Below are positions 36,177-46,523 of a stretch of 64,000 bases of DNA, piece after piece (the first letter of the stretch is position 1; each line of letters begins with the position of its first letter). The DNA is from an uncultured Verrucomicrobiota bacterium. Its GTDB lineage: Bacteria; Verrucomicrobiota; Verrucomicrobiia; CAIQCK01. Location of the stretch: the NCBI GenBank assembly GCA_964524715.1, contig CAZGGF010000076.1, positions 28,639 to 92,638 on the forward strand, in the 5' to 3' direction. A program made the translations under genes and the position numbers. The notes below the pieces were generated by a model. It did not search any database, was not told the origin of the DNA, and saw only the letters and a list, made by a program, of their open reading frames with translations.

Positions 36177-37319
36177 CTATTTTTTGCCGTGGATTGTTTT
36201 ACAGATGTCGATAAGGCAATAGACACTCAAGTTTGCCATGCAGTGGGGAAACACGCTTTCAATGATCCGCAGCCACCGGGCCGCACGATTCGATTTCCCA
36301 AAGAATGTATCAAACTCCGGCTTGCTGAAGATTCGCAATGATTCGATCGAGCAGTTCTCCGTCAACTCTCTCGCAAGCGTCCTCCACCAAGCCAGCGGCC
36401 GAAGCTGACAGTAAAGCGGGGGTGGCGAATTCTTCTCCGGCTCCCCGGCGATGACCGGAGGCGGCGGAGGGGCGGGCCTGAACATTCGCGACAACTTGTT
36501 GAGAATCCTCAGCAGCAAGTTCCTCAAGCTGGAAGATTCCGTGTCTGTCAGTATGCACAGGTGAGTGCCGGGTTTCAGGACCCGATAGAGTTCTTTGGTG
36601 GCTGGAATTTGCTGTGAGTCCGGGATGTGCTGGATCGTGTAGCCGGAGACAACGCCATCGAACGTCTCGCTGCGGAAGGGCAGATGACAAATGTCCGCCA
36701 AACAACAAAAATCGGATGGCCGCAGCTTCGTATAGGCTTCCGCAAGGCCGGTGCTGGACATATCAACGCAGACCCGCGTCTTGAAGAACCAGGAATAGGC
36801 CAGATACTCCGGATGCGGGATGGCGCCACTGGCGGCGTCGAGGACAAATTCCCCGCCCTGCAAGCGGTCCACGATCGCGAGGTGCGACATCATCTCATAC
36901 AGTCCGTGCCCGACAGGCGCGCTTTGGGAAAAGATCGCGGTGTCGATGTAGGAACCTGAATCGTTTTTCCTCCAACCGAACTGGTCATACCAGTCCTTCA
37001 CGCTTCGTTTGATGCCGTCATCGGCCGCAACGGCCACGGCGGCCGGTGCGATGGCTTGCGACTGGGTTTGGATTTCCAACGAATCCTGTTCCAGAAAATC
37101 GGCCACTCGTTCCGTCACGGTGTAGGCCCGGCCGTGGGCCTCGGAGATGAATGCGCCAAGCGTCCCCGGGCTTACCCGTTTGCGCTCAGTGTCGGAGAGG
37201 CGAGACAAGAGTTCGTCAACGCCAACCAGTCTGAGTGGACCTTGAGTCATCGGGCAGCAAAGGACGGTGTCCAAGCGGCTATACCGATCAAGAATTGAGG
37301 GTTGTATTGGTGGGTTCAT
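36177..37319 (-). CDS. SAM-dependent methyltransferase with N-terminal Trm112-like motif
   Basis: Trimmed to ATG 37319. 'LDTVLCCPMTQGPLRL' (Trm112/zinc-ribbon-like), 'FVLDAASGA' motif I and 'LKPGTHLCILT'. Confidence 0.7.
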   Translation of the reverse strand: MNPPIQPSILDRYSRLDTVLCCPMTQGPLRLVGVDELLSRLSDTERKRVSPGTLGAFISEAHGRAYTVTERVADFLEQDSLEIQTQSQAIAPAAVAVAADDGIKRSVKDWYDQFGWRKNDSGSYIDTAIFSQSAPVGHGLYEMMSHLAIVDRLQGGEFVLDAASGAIPHPEYLAYSWFFKTRVCVDMSSTGLAEAYTKLRPSDFCCLADICHLPFRSETFDGVVSGYTIQHIPDSQQIPATKELYRVLKPGTHLCILTDTESSSLRNLLLRILNKLSRMFRPAPPPPPVIAGEPEKNSPPPLYCQLRPLAWWRTLARELTENCSIESLRIFSKPEFDTFFGKSNRAARWLRIIESVFPHCMANLSVYCLIDICKTIHGKK

Positions 37320-37393
37320 TCGAAGACGGGAGGTTGCTTTCCTTTCTTGTCCCTGATTCTTTTCGCAAAGAGGAAGAACACTGCCGGGCCAAA

Positions 37394-37957
37394 CTACATC
37401 AGAGCTATGGATAACCCTGCCGCGATCCCGAGCAATGTGAGGGGCGGCGCACAGCATTCATGGCGCTGCCGGGAAAAATTATGACTTGGAATGGCAACGA
37501 GCAGTTCCAGAATGCTCCCTCTCAAGAGCCAGCCAGTAACGGTTGATGTAAACGAACGGGGATCCCCGCTCGAATAACTTCTGTAGAACATGACACCCCA
37601 CACCAGCCAAAACAGCGGGATGACGGTGACAGGGCTGAGAAGAGCCCCGCCGAGATCAGACTTCTCTCCTCCCAGCATAAGAAGCACCGAACTGAAGAAG
37701 CCCGAAGCCATTGCCGCCATCGGAAGCGCCGCGATTGAAGCGGACACGATAATCTTCCGCTTCTTCACAGGTCTTCCCTGGGCCACGTCAACCGGCACCA
37801 GCAGCAGGACGATTTGAATCAAAACAAGAACGGGGACACACCAGAAGAAAAAGACACGGAGCATGTTTGCTTTAGAATAAGTCAGCAACAGAGGCACCGT
37901 CAAAACGGTGAGGCAAACGACATAAAGCAACATGGTCAGCAGCGCCCATCGTTTCAT
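37394..37957 (-). CDS. polytopic membrane protein, unknown function
   Basis: GAGGAG lies 6 nt upstream of ATG 37957. 5-6 hydrophobic helices. Confidence 0.6.
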   Translation of the reverse strand: MKRWALLTMLLYVVCLTVLTVPLLLTYSKANMLRVFFFWCVPVLVLIQIVLLLVPVDVAQGRPVKKRKIIVSASIAALPMAAMASGFFSSVLLMLGGEKSDLGGALLSPVTVIPLFWLVWGVMFYRSYSSGDPRSFTSTVTGWLLRGSILELLVAIPSHNFSRQRHECCAPPLTLLGIAAGLSIALM

Positions 37958-38014
37958 TTTTTGCTCCTCGATTCCTGGCGTTCTTCTGCAGCAACCGCAA
38001 TCCTGCAATCAAAT

Positions 38015-39361
38015 CTATTTGTTTTCGTATGCGCCGATATCTATGCCCGAACCCTCGGGACGACGATTACCTTCATAATCAACGCCCGGCGCGCCAACGG
38101 TCGACCCCTTGTCGATAGCAGGCGAATCTGCATTCAAACGAAAGTCGCCACCGATCGGGTTGACAAACCTCGGATTGCCGGCCACCGCATCATCACCGCG
38201 AACCTCCTGCCACTTGTCATTCTTCCATGTAATCTTGCAGTTCTTGAAACCGTCAATCAGGTTGTGATCGAGAGTCACGCCCTGTTGGATGGGATCATTC
38301 ACGACGATCTGCGCCTCGGCGTTCTGGCTGCAAATGTTGTTCCTGACAACCACTTTCTCAATGTTCTTATGCTGGACGAAGATGCCCTTTCGCCGGTTGG
38401 CAAAGGCGACGTTGTTGACGAGCGCGATGTCCTTCAACGGGCCTCCCTTGCCCCAGGGCGCCACGACAAAACCATCCTGATTGTTATAGGCGATGTTGTT
38501 CACGAACCTGACGTTTTCCGAAAGCTGCCCATCCTCCGAAGCAATCGCGAAACCGGAACCACAATTGTGTGTGATGTTCCCGGAGACTTCGATGTTGTGG
38601 GTCTCACCATAGGTATCCACGTAAATGCCCACGGTGCACACGACCGCCCCACTCGGCTGCCTGAATCCGAGCATGTGATGGACGTAGTTCTTGAGGATCT
38701 TCCCGTTCGTACAACCCTCCTTCGCATCAATGCCTTCCTTGTGTATGTGGTGGACGTGATTACCACGAACCTCGAAGGTATCGGCCCCACAGACCGAGAT
38801 TCCCTCCTGATCGCCTTTCATATTCGTTTCGGTGACTTCATTGTCGGCGATCAAGATGTGATCGATCGATGTCTTGCGCCGGTGTGACCAAACGTGAATC
38901 CCACTGGACTGGCAACCGCGCAAAAAGTTCTTCTCAATGGTGATGTGACTCGCGTTGCCGGAGATGCTCACGCCATAGTATGCCGAGTTCACGATGCGCA
39001 GCCCCGAGACCTTGATGCCGCTCTTGTTCTTGATGTGGAACAAACCCGATCCCCATCCGAACGCAATGCCCTGGCCGTCCACGGTGACTTCATGGCCGGG
39101 AAAGGCCGCGTAGGTGATGCACTTCCCGGGCGATCCCGAGTTCTTGGGAATCACTCGCTCATGATAGGTCCCGGCCTTGATGTAAACGGTGTCGCCAGCC
39201 ACGAGGGTATCCGCGGCTTTCTGAATGGTCTTCCACGGCTGGGACTCAGTCCCAGCGTTGGCGTCGTCCCCCTTCGGGTCAACGCAGTATTCCGCCGCGC
39301 TTGCGAGACGGCTCGCGGCCAGCAAAAGTCCAACAAGCAGCAGGACGAGAATAGGTCTCAT
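38015..39361 (-). CDS. secreted right-handed parallel beta-helix (pectate-lyase-fold) protein
   Basis: Signal MRPILVLLLVGLLLAASRLASA. 'YCVDPKGDDANAGTESQPWKTIQKAADTLVAGDTVYIKAGTY' and repeated N-x-I/V-x-x-N beta-helix rungs. Confidence 0.8.
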   Translation of the reverse strand: MRPILVLLLVGLLLAASRLASAAEYCVDPKGDDANAGTESQPWKTIQKAADTLVAGDTVYIKAGTYHERVIPKNSGSPGKCITYAAFPGHEVTVDGQGIAFGWGSGLFHIKNKSGIKVSGLRIVNSAYYGVSISGNASHITIEKNFLRGCQSSGIHVWSHRRKTSIDHILIADNEVTETNMKGDQEGISVCGADTFEVRGNHVHHIHKEGIDAKEGCTNGKILKNYVHHMLGFRQPSGAVVCTVGIYVDTYGETHNIEVSGNITHNCGSGFAIASEDGQLSENVRFVNNIAYNNQDGFVVAPWGKGGPLKDIALVNNVAFANRRKGIFVQHKNIEKVVVRNNICSQNAEAQIVVNDPIQQGVTLDHNLIDGFKNCKITWKNDKWQEVRGDDAVAGNPRFVNPIGGDFRLNADSPAIDKGSTVGAPGVDYEGNRRPEGSGIDIGAYENK

Positions 39362-39453
39362 GTTAATCTCCCTGACGGCGTCAATCTGGCAGACCTTCAT
39401 GGGACGCATCCTCAGGGCAGCCGGCTGTGGGCCACCCGCAGGCCATCAGCGCT

Positions 39454-40044
39454 TCAGCGCGCCAGAAGCGTCAGCAATTCCTTATCCTGAAGGATCTTGC
39501 CCAACACTTCCGACACCACGCGGTTGAGGAGAACTTCGTTGTCCTCGGCAAACGCCGTGGTCGGACTGCGATCTTCCACTTCGGCGCGATAGAGATTTTC
39601 GTATGTCGCGTCCTGGTTGCGGCCAACAACCTTGAACATGGCCGCCGTCTTTGTGCTGACGCTCCAGAGGCCCAAGCCGGAATTGTACTCGATGGCGCGT
39701 ATAAACACCTGCACACTCCGGGGCGCCTGCCCGTTCGACGCTTCCACAACGAAACCGTTACGTTTCAGCCCATCCGCGATCTTCTCCTGAATAACAGCCG
39801 CCACATCGCCCTGGCTGCTGATCAATTCCCCCAAGGCGCCCGCGCCGACACGCCGTCCGAAGTCCGCCGTCGTGCGCTCATCCACAACCTTGAGCGCCAC
39901 GGCCTTGTTCGCGGCCTGCACGATCGGCTCGCCGGGTTGCAGTGTGGGTTTGAGGGCGACGGACTGTTTGCTGTAAGCGCAGCCCTGCACGATCAAAGCG
40001 CAAAGCAACAACATCACGGCACCGGATTTCATTATTGTTGTCAT
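39454..40044 (-). CDS. YajG-like lipoprotein
   Basis: MTTIMKSGAVMLLLCALIVQGC lipobox. 'VALKVVDER' and the overall length resemble YajG-family lipoproteins. Confidence 0.55.
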   Translation of the reverse strand: MTTIMKSGAVMLLLCALIVQGCAYSKQSVALKPTLQPGEPIVQAANKAVALKVVDERTTADFGRRVGAGALGELISSQGDVAAVIQEKIADGLKRNGFVVEASNGQAPRSVQVFIRAIEYNSGLGLWSVSTKTAAMFKVVGRNQDATYENLYRAEVEDRSPTTAFAEDNEVLLNRVVSEVLGKILQDKELLTLLAR

Positions 40045-40124
40045 CGAGTGGTCCTTATTCTCCGCATCTTCCAGCCTACGCGAATGCCCCGCCCCATCAA
40101 GGTAAAACCGCCTCTCCGGTCCAC

Positions 40125-41543
40125 TCAGCCTCCGGACCGTTTGTATTGTGCGAGGCGGTCGGCAAAATACTTTTCCCCTTCCGGGCTGCAAAATCGATTG
40201 CCGGGCAACATGCGCTCGCGGGGATACCTGGCAATGACCGTCGGCTGGTATTTCTCAATCAGGGACCACCGGCGTTGCTCTTCGTCCAGCTTGAGCGCCC
40301 ACTTGTCGTCACGGTGCAGCATCACGCCAAAGGTCTTTCCCGCCGCACGCGTGATGCGGCTGAATTCCGCAACGAAGTTCTCCAAGTTGGCCGCAATCGG
40401 CGGGTAGGTCTCGCAAATGATAATGTCCACCTCCGGATGTGCCGCCAGTTTCTGCAAGTCCACTCCCCGCTGCCGGCCCCACGCGCCCCACCGGTGCAAT
40501 CGAGGCACCTCGAACTGCGGGTCCTCAATCTGTTCATACGGCAGGCTCCAGTGGTGCAGTCCGAAATAGATCACGCCTTTCCAGCAACCCTGACCGTGGT
40601 TTACCTCGTTGGCCAGTTGACCCAGCCGCCCAATCCAATTGTTGAGGAACAAGCCGCAGGTGAAGTCATACCAGTGCTGCCACACGCCTTCGGCTCGCGG
40701 CAGGGTCGCAAATTTCTGTCCCGCTTCGATGACCGCGGGCACGTTCCAACCCGGAAAGTGCGCAGTGATGCCACCACCATTGGCCACCATCGCGGGATCG
40801 TGTACGGGGAACTTGTCCACGAGCTTTCCCCCGTGCGCGACATCGTGCTGGCGGCAGTAGTCGCGCCACAGACCCAGAACGCGCGGGCTGAAGATCGCGT
40901 TTCGCCAATAATCGTAGCGATGGTTGTTGACGGCCTGCCCGATGTACGGCAGGCAATCTTCATTGAAGAAGACCCCGGCAAGCAGGCCCTTCATGCGCTC
41001 GAAATACTTCTTCCTGAACTCGCCCAGAAACCAGTCCATCGCCTCCGGGTTCAAAACATCGAAGACGACTCCGGCTTTTTGTCCCTTCTCGCCATGTTCC
41101 GCGGGGACAATCCGCCCGTCGGGCTCCATCACATGGGCTTGAAACTCCGGGCGAATCTTCCCAAAGGACCGGAATCGGCTTTGCGCGCGGAAGGTCGACA
41201 TCCACAAGTCCACCTTGTGTGCCATGCCAACGCGGGCCACAGCCTCATGAGCGCGCATATCATGATCACCGTAGTAGCCGCATCCAAATTCCAGCGCATC
41301 AAGCTTCCCGTCGAGCTTGGCAAAGACTTCCTCTGCTTCGGCGGCGGTGCTGATCATGCCGAAGCGGGAAACGTTGTAGGTGCCTACGTCCTGAACGATC
41401 AGGTAGCCTCGCGGCAGGCGGACGCGCGATTTTGCCCCCTCGCCGGCGGGTGTTTCAGCGGACAATCGCCCGGTGCAGGAAAGTGAAACAGCGGACGCGC
41501 TGACAGCCCGGATGAAATCTCGTCGAGTCAGTTTGCTCATCAT
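40125..41543 (-). CDS. Tat-signal exported protein, possibly TIM-barrel glycoside hydrolase-like
   Basis: Trimmed to ATG 41543/41540. Twin-arginine 'TRRDFIRAVSASAV'. No confident family assignment. Confidence 0.55.
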   Translation of the reverse strand: MMSKLTRRDFIRAVSASAVSLSCTGRLSAETPAGEGAKSRVRLPRGYLIVQDVGTYNVSRFGMISTAAEAEEVFAKLDGKLDALEFGCGYYGDHDMRAHEAVARVGMAHKVDLWMSTFRAQSRFRSFGKIRPEFQAHVMEPDGRIVPAEHGEKGQKAGVVFDVLNPEAMDWFLGEFRKKYFERMKGLLAGVFFNEDCLPYIGQAVNNHRYDYWRNAIFSPRVLGLWRDYCRQHDVAHGGKLVDKFPVHDPAMVANGGGITAHFPGWNVPAVIEAGQKFATLPRAEGVWQHWYDFTCGLFLNNWIGRLGQLANEVNHGQGCWKGVIYFGLHHWSLPYEQIEDPQFEVPRLHRWGAWGRQRGVDLQKLAAHPEVDIIICETYPPIAANLENFVAEFSRITRAAGKTFGVMLHRDDKWALKLDEEQRRWSLIEKYQPTVIARYPRERMLPGNRFCSPEGEKYFADRLAQYKRSGG

Positions 41544-41604
41544 GGGATGCAGCGGGTCAAAGGGACGTGCGAAAACTGGAGCAAACCGAGCCGGTAACAA
41601 CGGT

Positions 41605-42174
41605 TCATTTTGCCGGAGCCGCCAACAGAGCCGGGAGAGCTTTCTCCAAGTGCTGCATGGAATAGTTGCTGGCGACGACCTCATCGCCGGCTTTCACGAG
41701 CACGGCATACCCTTCCAACTTGCTGCCGGAAACATGGCGCACACCAGCCAGGACATAGTTGTGGTCCTTGGCTTCGATGGGTTTCGAGGCGGCTGCCGCC
41801 ATCACGTTCTCCCCGGCCTTCAGTTTCATCGTTTTCGCCCCCCTATCAAAGATCGAGAGCTTCGAGTCGGACAATTGTTTGGCAATGAAATACCACTCAA
41901 TCTTCAGCTCGTCCTCAAACCGGCTCATGTTCCTGACCGTGATCTGAATTCCCACGGATCGCTTATAATTGCGATTGTACGAACCATAGTCAGTCCACCA
42001 AGAAAAATGACCGCCTACTTGTGTGGTCATTCGCTGAACCTGGAGATAAGCCATGTGCTTCTTATCGGCTGATGCGTCCGAAGAACCGGACGGTTGTGCC
42101 GCGCCAGCGGTGCAGACCCCACCAACAATGATCACAGCGGCAAGTAATCTCGTGAATCCAGAAATCACAGTCAT
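41605..42174 (-). CDS. hypothetical secreted protein
   Basis: Signal MTVISGFTRLLAAVIIVGGVCTAGAA. The start is 42174 or 42201. Confidence 0.5.
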   Translation of the reverse strand: MTVISGFTRLLAAVIIVGGVCTAGAAQPSGSSDASADKKHMAYLQVQRMTTQVGGHFSWWTDYGSYNRNYKRSVGIQITVRNMSRFEDELKIEWYFIAKQLSDSKLSIFDRGAKTMKLKAGENVMAAAASKPIEAKDHNYVLAGVRHVSGSKLEGYAVLVKAGDEVVASNYSMQHLEKALPALLAAPAK

Positions 42175-42380
42175 CTCCTCGGTTGTGCAACGTTGCTGCA
42201 TTGTCTTTCAGGCCCTTGAAGCATTCCCTGCAGGCCTTCATCACCTCAGCGGCGAGGATACGCCACCCTCCTATCTCGTCAACGCAAGAATGGTCCCTGC
42301 ACTCGGGATTCGCAACTCGTGACTTGTGACGTGTGATTTGCGTTCCAATCGCCCATCCTCCGTCAGACCGTCACGATGTC

Positions 42381-43205
42381 TCAGGGCAGGATGGCGAATA
42401 CCCTGGCTGGAAATCCCGATCCGCCCTTCGGCTTCGGGAATGTCACTACAATCAAAGCTCCGGACTCTGGCACTTGGTCCAGATTCGCCAGCAGCTCGAT
42501 CTGATAATGGTCGGTGCCGAGAACGTAAGTCTCCAGGGAATAGTCGTCCTTGGAAGTCGCAAGGCCCGGGTCCGTATCCGTCGTTTCGTGACCGGACGCT
42601 GTGATTTTGCGTTCTTCGTAGAAGTATTTCAACACCGGCAGGCTCCAGCCGGGATAGTGGGCCACACCCTGCGAATCGGCGTTCCGCATGGCCTTGGCAT
42701 CCGGCCAGCGTTTGGACCAGTCCGTGCGCAAAGCGACGAACGCACCTTCCGGCACGCGGCCATGCCTTTTCTCCCAGTCCCGCACGTCGTCCATGGAGAC
42801 CACGCAGTCGGGATTCCTGGCCGCTTTCACATGGAGATCGATGATCACCAGTGGCAGGAGCATTTCCTTGACGCTGATCTGATCAAGCGTCCGCTTACCC
42901 CGGGCAAAATGTGCGGGCGGGTCGCAGTGCGTGCCCCATTGGCCGACGTGCGTGAACTGCTGGGCAAAGAAGCCTTTGCCCAACGTCCCCTCTCCCGCGT
43001 CATATCCGTAGAGCGTCTGCCGCTTCTCGTCGGGAAACCCCGGCCAGTGCGGAATGCCAGGCTCGAACGCGTGGGTGAGATCGACGAAACGTTTGGTTTT
43101 GAGGACTGCCAGTACATTACCCAGTGAAGGCGTGGGCGCCTCTTGAGCACGCCCGGCCAAGGTGAATGCAACCGCCAGAAGAGACAGGGTGATGATTCGA
43201 AACAT
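42381..43205 (-). CDS. cyclase family protein (kynurenine/aryl formamidase-like), secreted
   Basis: GGGAG upstream of ATG 43205. 'DLTHAFEPGIPHWPG' and 'GTHCDPPAHF' match the putative cyclase family. Confidence 0.8.
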   Translation of the reverse strand: MFRIITLSLLAVAFTLAGRAQEAPTPSLGNVLAVLKTKRFVDLTHAFEPGIPHWPGFPDEKRQTLYGYDAGEGTLGKGFFAQQFTHVGQWGTHCDPPAHFARGKRTLDQISVKEMLLPLVIIDLHVKAARNPDCVVSMDDVRDWEKRHGRVPEGAFVALRTDWSKRWPDAKAMRNADSQGVAHYPGWSLPVLKYFYEERKITASGHETTDTDPGLATSKDDYSLETYVLGTDHYQIELLANLDQVPESGALIVVTFPKPKGGSGFPARVFAILP

Positions 43206-43381
43206 GGTTGGCTCCCGCGAAATCAACATTCTAGAATTGGAAATTCCGATACCGGCCAGCCAAGACATACTCCACCCGCGTGGCGTCGTGCCGCGCTTCT
43301 GGCAGTGCCAGCGCATTTGTGCATGCCGTGCTTGAACTCCACCGCATCGTAATAGTAAATCACTCTCTGCCAGTGTTCAGA

Positions 43382-44311
43382 CTATCGCGTTTGCGCGGGC
43401 AAATCCTTCCCGCGAATCACGCCCAGATAATGCAGGATGTTGATGTCCTCCGGCGCATTCGTGCCGTGCTTGCCGACAGTCTTGCCGCGCGATTCCATGT
43501 CGTGCACACCGTGGTCGGTTGAAAAGGTGATTAGCGTGTTGTGCCGGGTCCAGTGCTTCTTGATGCACTTTGCCAGAGCGTCGAAGCCATCCACCTGGAA
43601 TTGCAGAGCTTCCATGGCTGCCTTGGACTCCGTTCCGGTGCGGTGCATGGTGCTGTCGTAGTCCCCGTTGTAGACAACGATGAAATCGTGCTGGTCCTGT
43701 TGAATCAGCTCCTGCGCTTTCTTGATGCTGTCGCGCGTATCGGGGAAGTTGAAGTAATCCATCTTCCTCTCCAGGAAGATCTTAGCCATGCTACAGGTGG
43801 GCGAAGCCACGATGACTGCGCGTTTGCCGGACCGAATGAGGGAATCGAAGAGTGTGTCGATCTTGATGACCGGCTTGGAATACACCTTGATCCCGTGCAC
43901 CTCGGGCAACGCACCCGTATACATGGTGCCGAAACAAACCGGCGTCACCGAGGGCATCATCGTAGCCATCGGCAGCTCGATCTGCGTGTGCTCCCGCACC
44001 GGCTTGAACATGTCGCGGTACTTCACGGTCAACCATTGCGCCACCGCATCGGGATTGTAGATCACGACGCGGTCAATGGGGCCTCCCGCAAGCGCGCGTA
44101 TCTTGTCGCATACGTCGTCGAGCTTCTTGTCGGCCAGTTTCGGCGGCTCGATGCCGTAGGCCGAGGCGATCGTGGCTGCGAAATGCGTCAGCGATACTGT
44201 GTTGCACTTGGCGGACGGTTTCGCACCTGCCGCCTCTTGCGCAACGCCGCTATTCGCGCTCCAGACAAGACAAGTTACAACGATGACCGCCGCCACGAGT
44301 TTTTGTTTCAT
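43382..44311 (-). CDS. alkaline-phosphatase superfamily nucleotide pyrophosphatase/phosphodiesterase-like protein
   Basis: Trimmed to ATG 44311 (AAGGAG upstream, signal peptide). 'PSVTPVCFGTMYTGALPEVHGI' and 'STDHG' motifs. Confidence 0.7.
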   Translation of the reverse strand: MKQKLVAAVIVVTCLVWSANSGVAQEAAGAKPSAKCNTVSLTHFAATIASAYGIEPPKLADKKLDDVCDKIRALAGGPIDRVVIYNPDAVAQWLTVKYRDMFKPVREHTQIELPMATMMPSVTPVCFGTMYTGALPEVHGIKVYSKPVIKIDTLFDSLIRSGKRAVIVASPTCSMAKIFLERKMDYFNFPDTRDSIKKAQELIQQDQHDFIVVYNGDYDSTMHRTGTESKAAMEALQFQVDGFDALAKCIKKHWTRHNTLITFSTDHGVHDMESRGKTVGKHGTNAPEDINILHYLGVIRGKDLPAQTR

Positions 44312-44467
44312 TTTTCTTCGCTCCTTGCCGATAAGACAGTGGCATTGTAGACGTACCCCCTGCGCTCGCAAGCATATGTTCTGCTGCGAGCCTGCAGTTC
44401 CGGCGAGCCATCGAACCGAGCCCCGATGGTGCGTGAGAATTTTGCGACGTTGGCTTGTTGACACCAA

Positions 44468-45445
44468 GTGATCGAGGATATACCGGTAACGGTGAATTTG
44501 ACTGCCCTCATACCCAAGAACCGTGCGAAGCCCTGCGTCGTGCTCCTGCTGGCGCTGGGGCTGTTGTCCACCGCACAGGCGCAAACGGTGTATTCCGTCT
44601 GGGAGAACCTCTCGTTTTTCGGGTGGCTGGACCAGTACAGCTTGAACACTGCGACGTACAACTACGTGGGCCCCGAGGCGTGTGTGCCCACGTCGAGTGT
44701 CAACGCGATGACCTACCTGCAGAACTCCGCTACGAATTACTTCAGCACAGCTCTCACCGGCATCACTTACGCCGACTGGATGACCGTCGACTCGACGCTC
44801 GTTTCTTCCTCCTACATGGACACCAGCCCTAGCGCGGGCACGTATTACAATCATATCCCCTATGCGCTGAGTAAATATATCCTGGAGGACAAGGGGTTCA
44901 GCCTGGTGCACTTCTCGGGCATGTTTCCAACCAGCTACTGGGGTGTCGCCCCGTATGACAAACCGTCCTACATCCAGGACGGCCATCCGCGCCTCAATTT
45001 CTTCCTCGATTCACTCGCCGCAGGCTTTGCCACGATATTTTCCATCGAGTATGGCGGCGGTGGAGGACACGAACTGCTGGCGGTGGGCATCGAATGGACC
45101 GACGCCAACAGCGACGGCATCGTCCAGTCATCAGAGAACGCGAAGCTGTATTTCATCGATCCCTTGGATTCGTCGGCAACGTATTCCGGCGGATACCCCA
45201 GTGGCGACGCCAAGCTGACCTATGGCCATATCTGGAACGCATCCGAGTCCACCAACAGCAATCTCCGCATCGACTACTACCAGTATGGCGGCGCCCTGCC
45301 CTACGAAAGCTCCAACTATTCGTACACCGGCACCTCAACGATCGACACCGTCTTTGCGATGAGCGTGCCCGAACCGTCCACACTTTCGCTCGTAGGCGCC
45401 AGCGGCTTCGCCCTCATCCTCCTGCGGCGTCGCCGCAGGGCATGA
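44468..45445 (+). CDS. PEP-CTERM sorting-domain protein
   Basis: C-terminus 'VPEPSTLSLVGASGFALILLRRRRRA'. N-terminal signal. The GTG start is uncertain (alternatives at 44492/44498). Confidence 0.75.
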   Translation: MIEDIPVTVNLTALIPKNRAKPCVVLLLALGLLSTAQAQTVYSVWENLSFFGWLDQYSLNTATYNYVGPEACVPTSSVNAMTYLQNSATNYFSTALTGITYADWMTVDSTLVSSSYMDTSPSAGTYYNHIPYALSKYILEDKGFSLVHFSGMFPTSYWGVAPYDKPSYIQDGHPRLNFFLDSLAAGFATIFSIEYGGGGGHELLAVGIEWTDANSDGIVQSSENAKLYFIDPLDSSATYSGGYPSGDAKLTYGHIWNASESTNSNLRIDYYQYGGALPYESSNYSYTGTSTIDTVFAMSVPEPSTLSLVGASGFALILLRRRRRA

Positions 45446-45523
45446 CCGGCTCCCACCGAAGAACGGAACTTTTTCCGGGCGCAGGGACTTGTTTCAAGGG
45501 ACTTTGATGCTAGGTTCCCGCCT

Positions 45524-45736
45524 ATGAGCAATCACATATACAAAAAGATCGAATTAGTCGGTTCCTCTCCCAACAGCATCGAGGAGGCGGTTCAAAACGC
45601 CATAGCCAAGGCTTCGAAAACCGTGCGCGACATGCGTTGGTTCGAGGTGGTTGAAACGCGCGGGCAGATCGAGAACGGCAAGGTCGCTCACTGGCAGGTG
45701 ACTCTCAAGATCGGTTTCACCCTGGACCCATCCTAG
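45524..45736 (+). CDS. dodecin family flavin-binding protein
   Basis: 70 aa. '[26 protein letters not shown]...WFEV...G.I...[12 protein letters not shown]' is the dodecin pattern. Confidence 0.85.
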   Translation: MSNHIYKKIELVGSSPNSIEEAVQNAIAKASKTVRDMRWFEVVETRGQIENGKVAHWQVTLKIGFTLDPS

Positions 45737-45851
45737 CCAAAGCCGGCTGCGGACTTCACACACACAGTTTGACATTCCGCAGCACGGTGCTTGGTTAGAC
45801 CGTGGATTCAACCAATGATCGACAGACACCAACAAACGCGAGGACCCAATC

Positions 45852-46346
45852 ATGACAATCACCGTTGGCAGCAAAGCACCGGATTTCAATCTAACCACCA
45901 AGACCGCTGAAGGCCCGAAGAAGGTCAAGCTCAGCGATCAACTGGGTGCGAAGAACGTCGTGCTCCTGTTCTTCCCGATGGCGTTCACCGGCGTTTGCAC
46001 AAATGAAATGTGCGCCGTCAGCCAGGGACTGAACGCCTACACTCATCTCAATGCCGCCGTCTATGGCATCAGCGGCGACAATCCGTTTGCGCAAGAGGCT
46101 TGGGCGCAGAAAGAGAAGATCACCGTGCCACTGTTGGCAGACTACGATCACAGCGTCGCGCGGGCATACGGCGTTGCCTACGACAGCTTTCTGCCGGAGA
46201 AAAACCTCGGCCAGTCTGGCGTGCCAAAGCGCAGTGCGTTCGTCATAGACAAGACTGGCATCGTCCGATACGCGTGGGTCAGCGACAACCCCGGCGCCCT
46301 GCCCAACTTCGACGAGATCAAGGCCGCGCTGGGCAAGTTGCAATGA
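45852..46346 (+). CDS. peroxiredoxin (AhpC/TSA-redoxin family)
   Basis: 'APDFNL...VVLLFFPMAFTGVCTNEMC' contains the peroxidatic Cys motif. Confidence 0.9.
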   Translation: MTITVGSKAPDFNLTTKTAEGPKKVKLSDQLGAKNVVLLFFPMAFTGVCTNEMCAVSQGLNAYTHLNAAVYGISGDNPFAQEAWAQKEKITVPLLADYDHSVARAYGVAYDSFLPEKNLGQSGVPKRSAFVIDKTGIVRYAWVSDNPGALPNFDEIKAALGKLQ

Positions 46347-46377
46347 GGCCCCGGCGCGGCAGGAGGTATCCATCTCC

Positions 46378-46450
46378 CGTAGGCGCCGACGTGAGGAGGC
46401 GATTTTCGGAACCGTCAGCTATCTGACGCCTCCTTACGTCGGTGCCTACG
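46378..46450. repeat. 73-bp palindromic REP-type element, copy 1
   Basis: CGTAGGCGCCGACGTGAGGAGGCG...CGCCTCCTTACGTCGGTGCCTACG: a stem of about 23 bp with a loop of about 25 nt. Intergenic. Confidence 0.8.
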
Positions 46451-46523
46451 AAAGAGGCCGCCTTCGCCAACTCGTGACTCTCGTGAATCCGACGGTCTTT
46501 ACGGGCGGCTTTAGGCAGATGAA

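Noticed and set aside
37814-41486. Plus-strand ORFs 37814..38887, 38894..39490, 39427..40407 and 40035..41486
   Set aside because: All are antisense to minus-strand genes with signal peptides, SD sequences and recognisable folds (beta-helix, YajG-like, Tat-signal protein).
42333-44350. Plus-strand ORFs 42333..43127 and 43541..44350
   Set aside because: Antisense to the cyclase-family and phosphodiesterase-family genes. No motifs of their own.
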